From the human T2T-CHM13v2.0 reference genome, Homo sapiens: 64,000 nt of DNA. How positions within the stretch are numbered: the stretch's first letter is position 1; every line of letters begins with the position of its first letter. Position numbers and translations under genes: made by a program. Positions 62,030-64,000 of the stretch are shown here, piece after piece. The notes beneath the pieces are model-generated. The model ran no database searches. It had not been told where the DNA came from and saw only the letters and a program-made list of their open reading frames with translations. The stretch lies in NCBI RefSeq assembly GCF_009914755.1, contig NC_060936.1; one strand, 5' to 3'.

Positions 62030-63290
62030 TATCACATGTTCAGCTCCAATATGTAAGGAACTTAGAAGTTGCCATTCCCATCCTTACATCCAGAAAAACT
62101 GGACAAACTGGATTTTGTCCCATCCTTACATCCAGAAAAACTGGATTTTGGTAGGTCCAAAAATCAATGGCTTTTGGACCTACCAGAGAACCAAGGACTC
62201 AGGGCAAACAGCCACCCATCTGGAGAGATATGCACATCCAGTGAGATACAAGAGCATCTGATACTTGCTTACTTTTGCCACACATCCAGCAGAAGCTCCT
62301 GGATGCCCTAAGCTGATAGGAACACTTAACTAGTAATTTTCATGAATTGCTAGACCCTGAGTATGGTCTAATGTGAGAGTGAGAAACTCCTCGTGGTTGC
62401 TGTCATGCAGGGGGCAGGCGTGGAAATACTGGAAATATTGGTATTTCCAGAAATACCAGTGGGTTCTCACAGGGAGGTTCTGAGGATTCAAGAATAATCT
62501 TCCAATGGCCCTGGTAGGAGGAGGTAAAGAATAGTCATTGTTAAATCCTGCCAGCCCCTTCTCCCTCACAAAGAACTTGTCTCCAGTAGAAAGGACTTCT
62601 CCCCAGAGGGCAATACTGAAAACTCACCTAGCTAGGAGAACTCTGAACTCTGCTCAACTCCAGCCCACTTTCCCGTCTCACCTAAGGGACAAAAAAATCC
62701 ATAGTCAGCAGGGGAGAAGGCGGCAAGGAAGTTGATTGAGAATGCCACAGCCAGGGAAAATGGGGAGCAATGGGAAAAAAAAACTATACCCCTGGAGGAG
62801 AAATTGAAACACTTGCGAAGGTCATCTCCCAAGACACAAGCCCACTAAAAGACCAAGACACAGATGATTTTAGAGTGCTGCCTCTGTTCCACACCATACA
62901 CTACACCAATAAGTCTCCAATGTAATAAAAGTGGATTTCAGCCAAAAAAGCTACAAGACACAGATTTTCTCTAAGGAAAAAAATACAAAAGGAAGTCTTA
63001 AAGCCAAAAACAAGGACACTGAAAGAATTTGCAATCTCTGGTATCTATAGCTATAAGAAAGATTAAATCGCATTTTAACTCCAAGCAAGATTAATATAAT
63101 TTTTCACACTAAAGACTTCTCTTGGTACCTATTACCTTAGGCAATATATCTGGTTTTCAACAACAATAACAACAGAAATTGTAAGATATATCAAAAACAA
63201 GAAAAAGCAGGGTCTGAAGAGACAAAACAGTCATCAGGTTCAGACTCAGATATGACACAGATTCTGGTACTATCAGGCAGGCAATTTAAA
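62030..63290 (+). mobile_element. Old L1M 5' region
   Basis: CCAATATGTAAGGAACTTAGAAGTTGCC... and GACTCAGATATGACACAGATTCTGGTACTATCAGGCAGGCAATTTAAAAT resemble L1M 5' UTR and pre-ORF1 sequence. Confidence 0.55.
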
Positions 63291-63297
63291 ATGCCAT

Positions 63298-63870
63298 GGT
63301 AACCAAAACACAGGTTCGGCCACTTGCCACGTGCAGAGTCCAATTAAAAAAGCAAGTTCTGGTATAAAGAAAGTGACTTTTTACTCCAAAACTTGCTTAG
63401 GGGAAGAAGTATAGGCTCTTGCCTTTAAGAGTACTGCTTTGCTTTTGGAGCAGAAAGCAAGTGCTTTTAAAGGGGGCCTGGCATGCTAGCATGAATGGCA
63501 TCCAGAGGAGAAGGAGCAGGTGTGTATTAGTTTCAGCGGCTTATTGACCCCTGGGCAGTTTAGCAGGTGACTGCTGGCCCCTTCATGGGAAGATCTAGGT
63601 AGTAAAAGCTTTTGAAAATTCTCCAGGTGAGAGAGAGTTTTGCAGCAGGCACACTTTGGATTGTAGATGGACTGTTTTTCGAGGCAGCCTCCTGGTGGAG
63701 AGTTCTGCTCTCGAGCTTCTGAGCCATAGTTAAATGAACGTGCCCTGTAGGGAGTATCTGATGAAGTGGTTGTAAAGACTATACTTCCATTTCTAAAGAG
63801 CTAACTAGAGAAATGGGGAAATGGAAGAAAGAGAAGAGAGTGAGAAAATAAACTATCTCTTAGAAAAATG
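63298..63870 (-). mobile_element. ERV1-class LTR fragment
   Basis: LTR-like sequence with an antisense polyA-like TTTTACT near the left end. Family uncertain. Confidence 0.5.
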
Positions 63871-63878
63871 GGAGTATA

Positions 63879-64000
63879 GCTGGGCGTGGTGGCTCACGCT
63901 CGTAATCCCAGCACTTTGGGAGGCCAAGGTGGGCGGATCATGAGGTCAGGAGTTCCAGACCAGCCTGACCAACACAGTGAAACCCCATCTCTACTAAAAA
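63879..64000 (+). mobile_element. Alu, cut off by the window end
   Basis: GCTGGGCGTGGTGGCTCACGC...CTCTACTAAAAA. Confidence 0.92.

Overview
Primate (human-like) genomic DNA, rich in repeats, with no prokaryotic features. It holds one intact protein-coding gene on the + strand, CMAS (CMP-N-acetylneuraminic acid synthetase). I rebuilt it by hand from 8 GT-AG exons (38360-57367): 260+143+156+134+95+172+154+191 = 1305 nt, or 434 aa plus stop. It has a CpG-island promoter (ZNF143-type motif, GC boxes) and AATAAA at 57699. At the left end, a processed THEM4 pseudogene (474-1904, 15-bp TSD, poly(A)) sits inside a THE1 MaLR element. The rest is Alu, L1, L2, MIR, LTR and Tigger/MER elements, several of them nested. 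I cannot demonstrate a wholly new biological system. The best leads are: (1) a ~510-bp fold-back palindrome made from L2 sequence ~4.7 kb upstream of CMAS; (2) a predicted antisense terminal exon in CMAS intron 7, possibly the end of a convergent ST8SIA1 transcript; (3) a 59-codon overlapping uORF in CMAS that the ORF track misses; (4) tandem AT-hook-like RGRP motifs in the CMAS N-terminus; (5) an exon-6 skip that would cleanly delete the pseudo-phosphatase domain; (6) the THEM4 retrocopy appears to copy an exon-skipped mRNA. Repeat subfamily names come from my recall of consensus sequences, and boundaries of old repeats are approximate.
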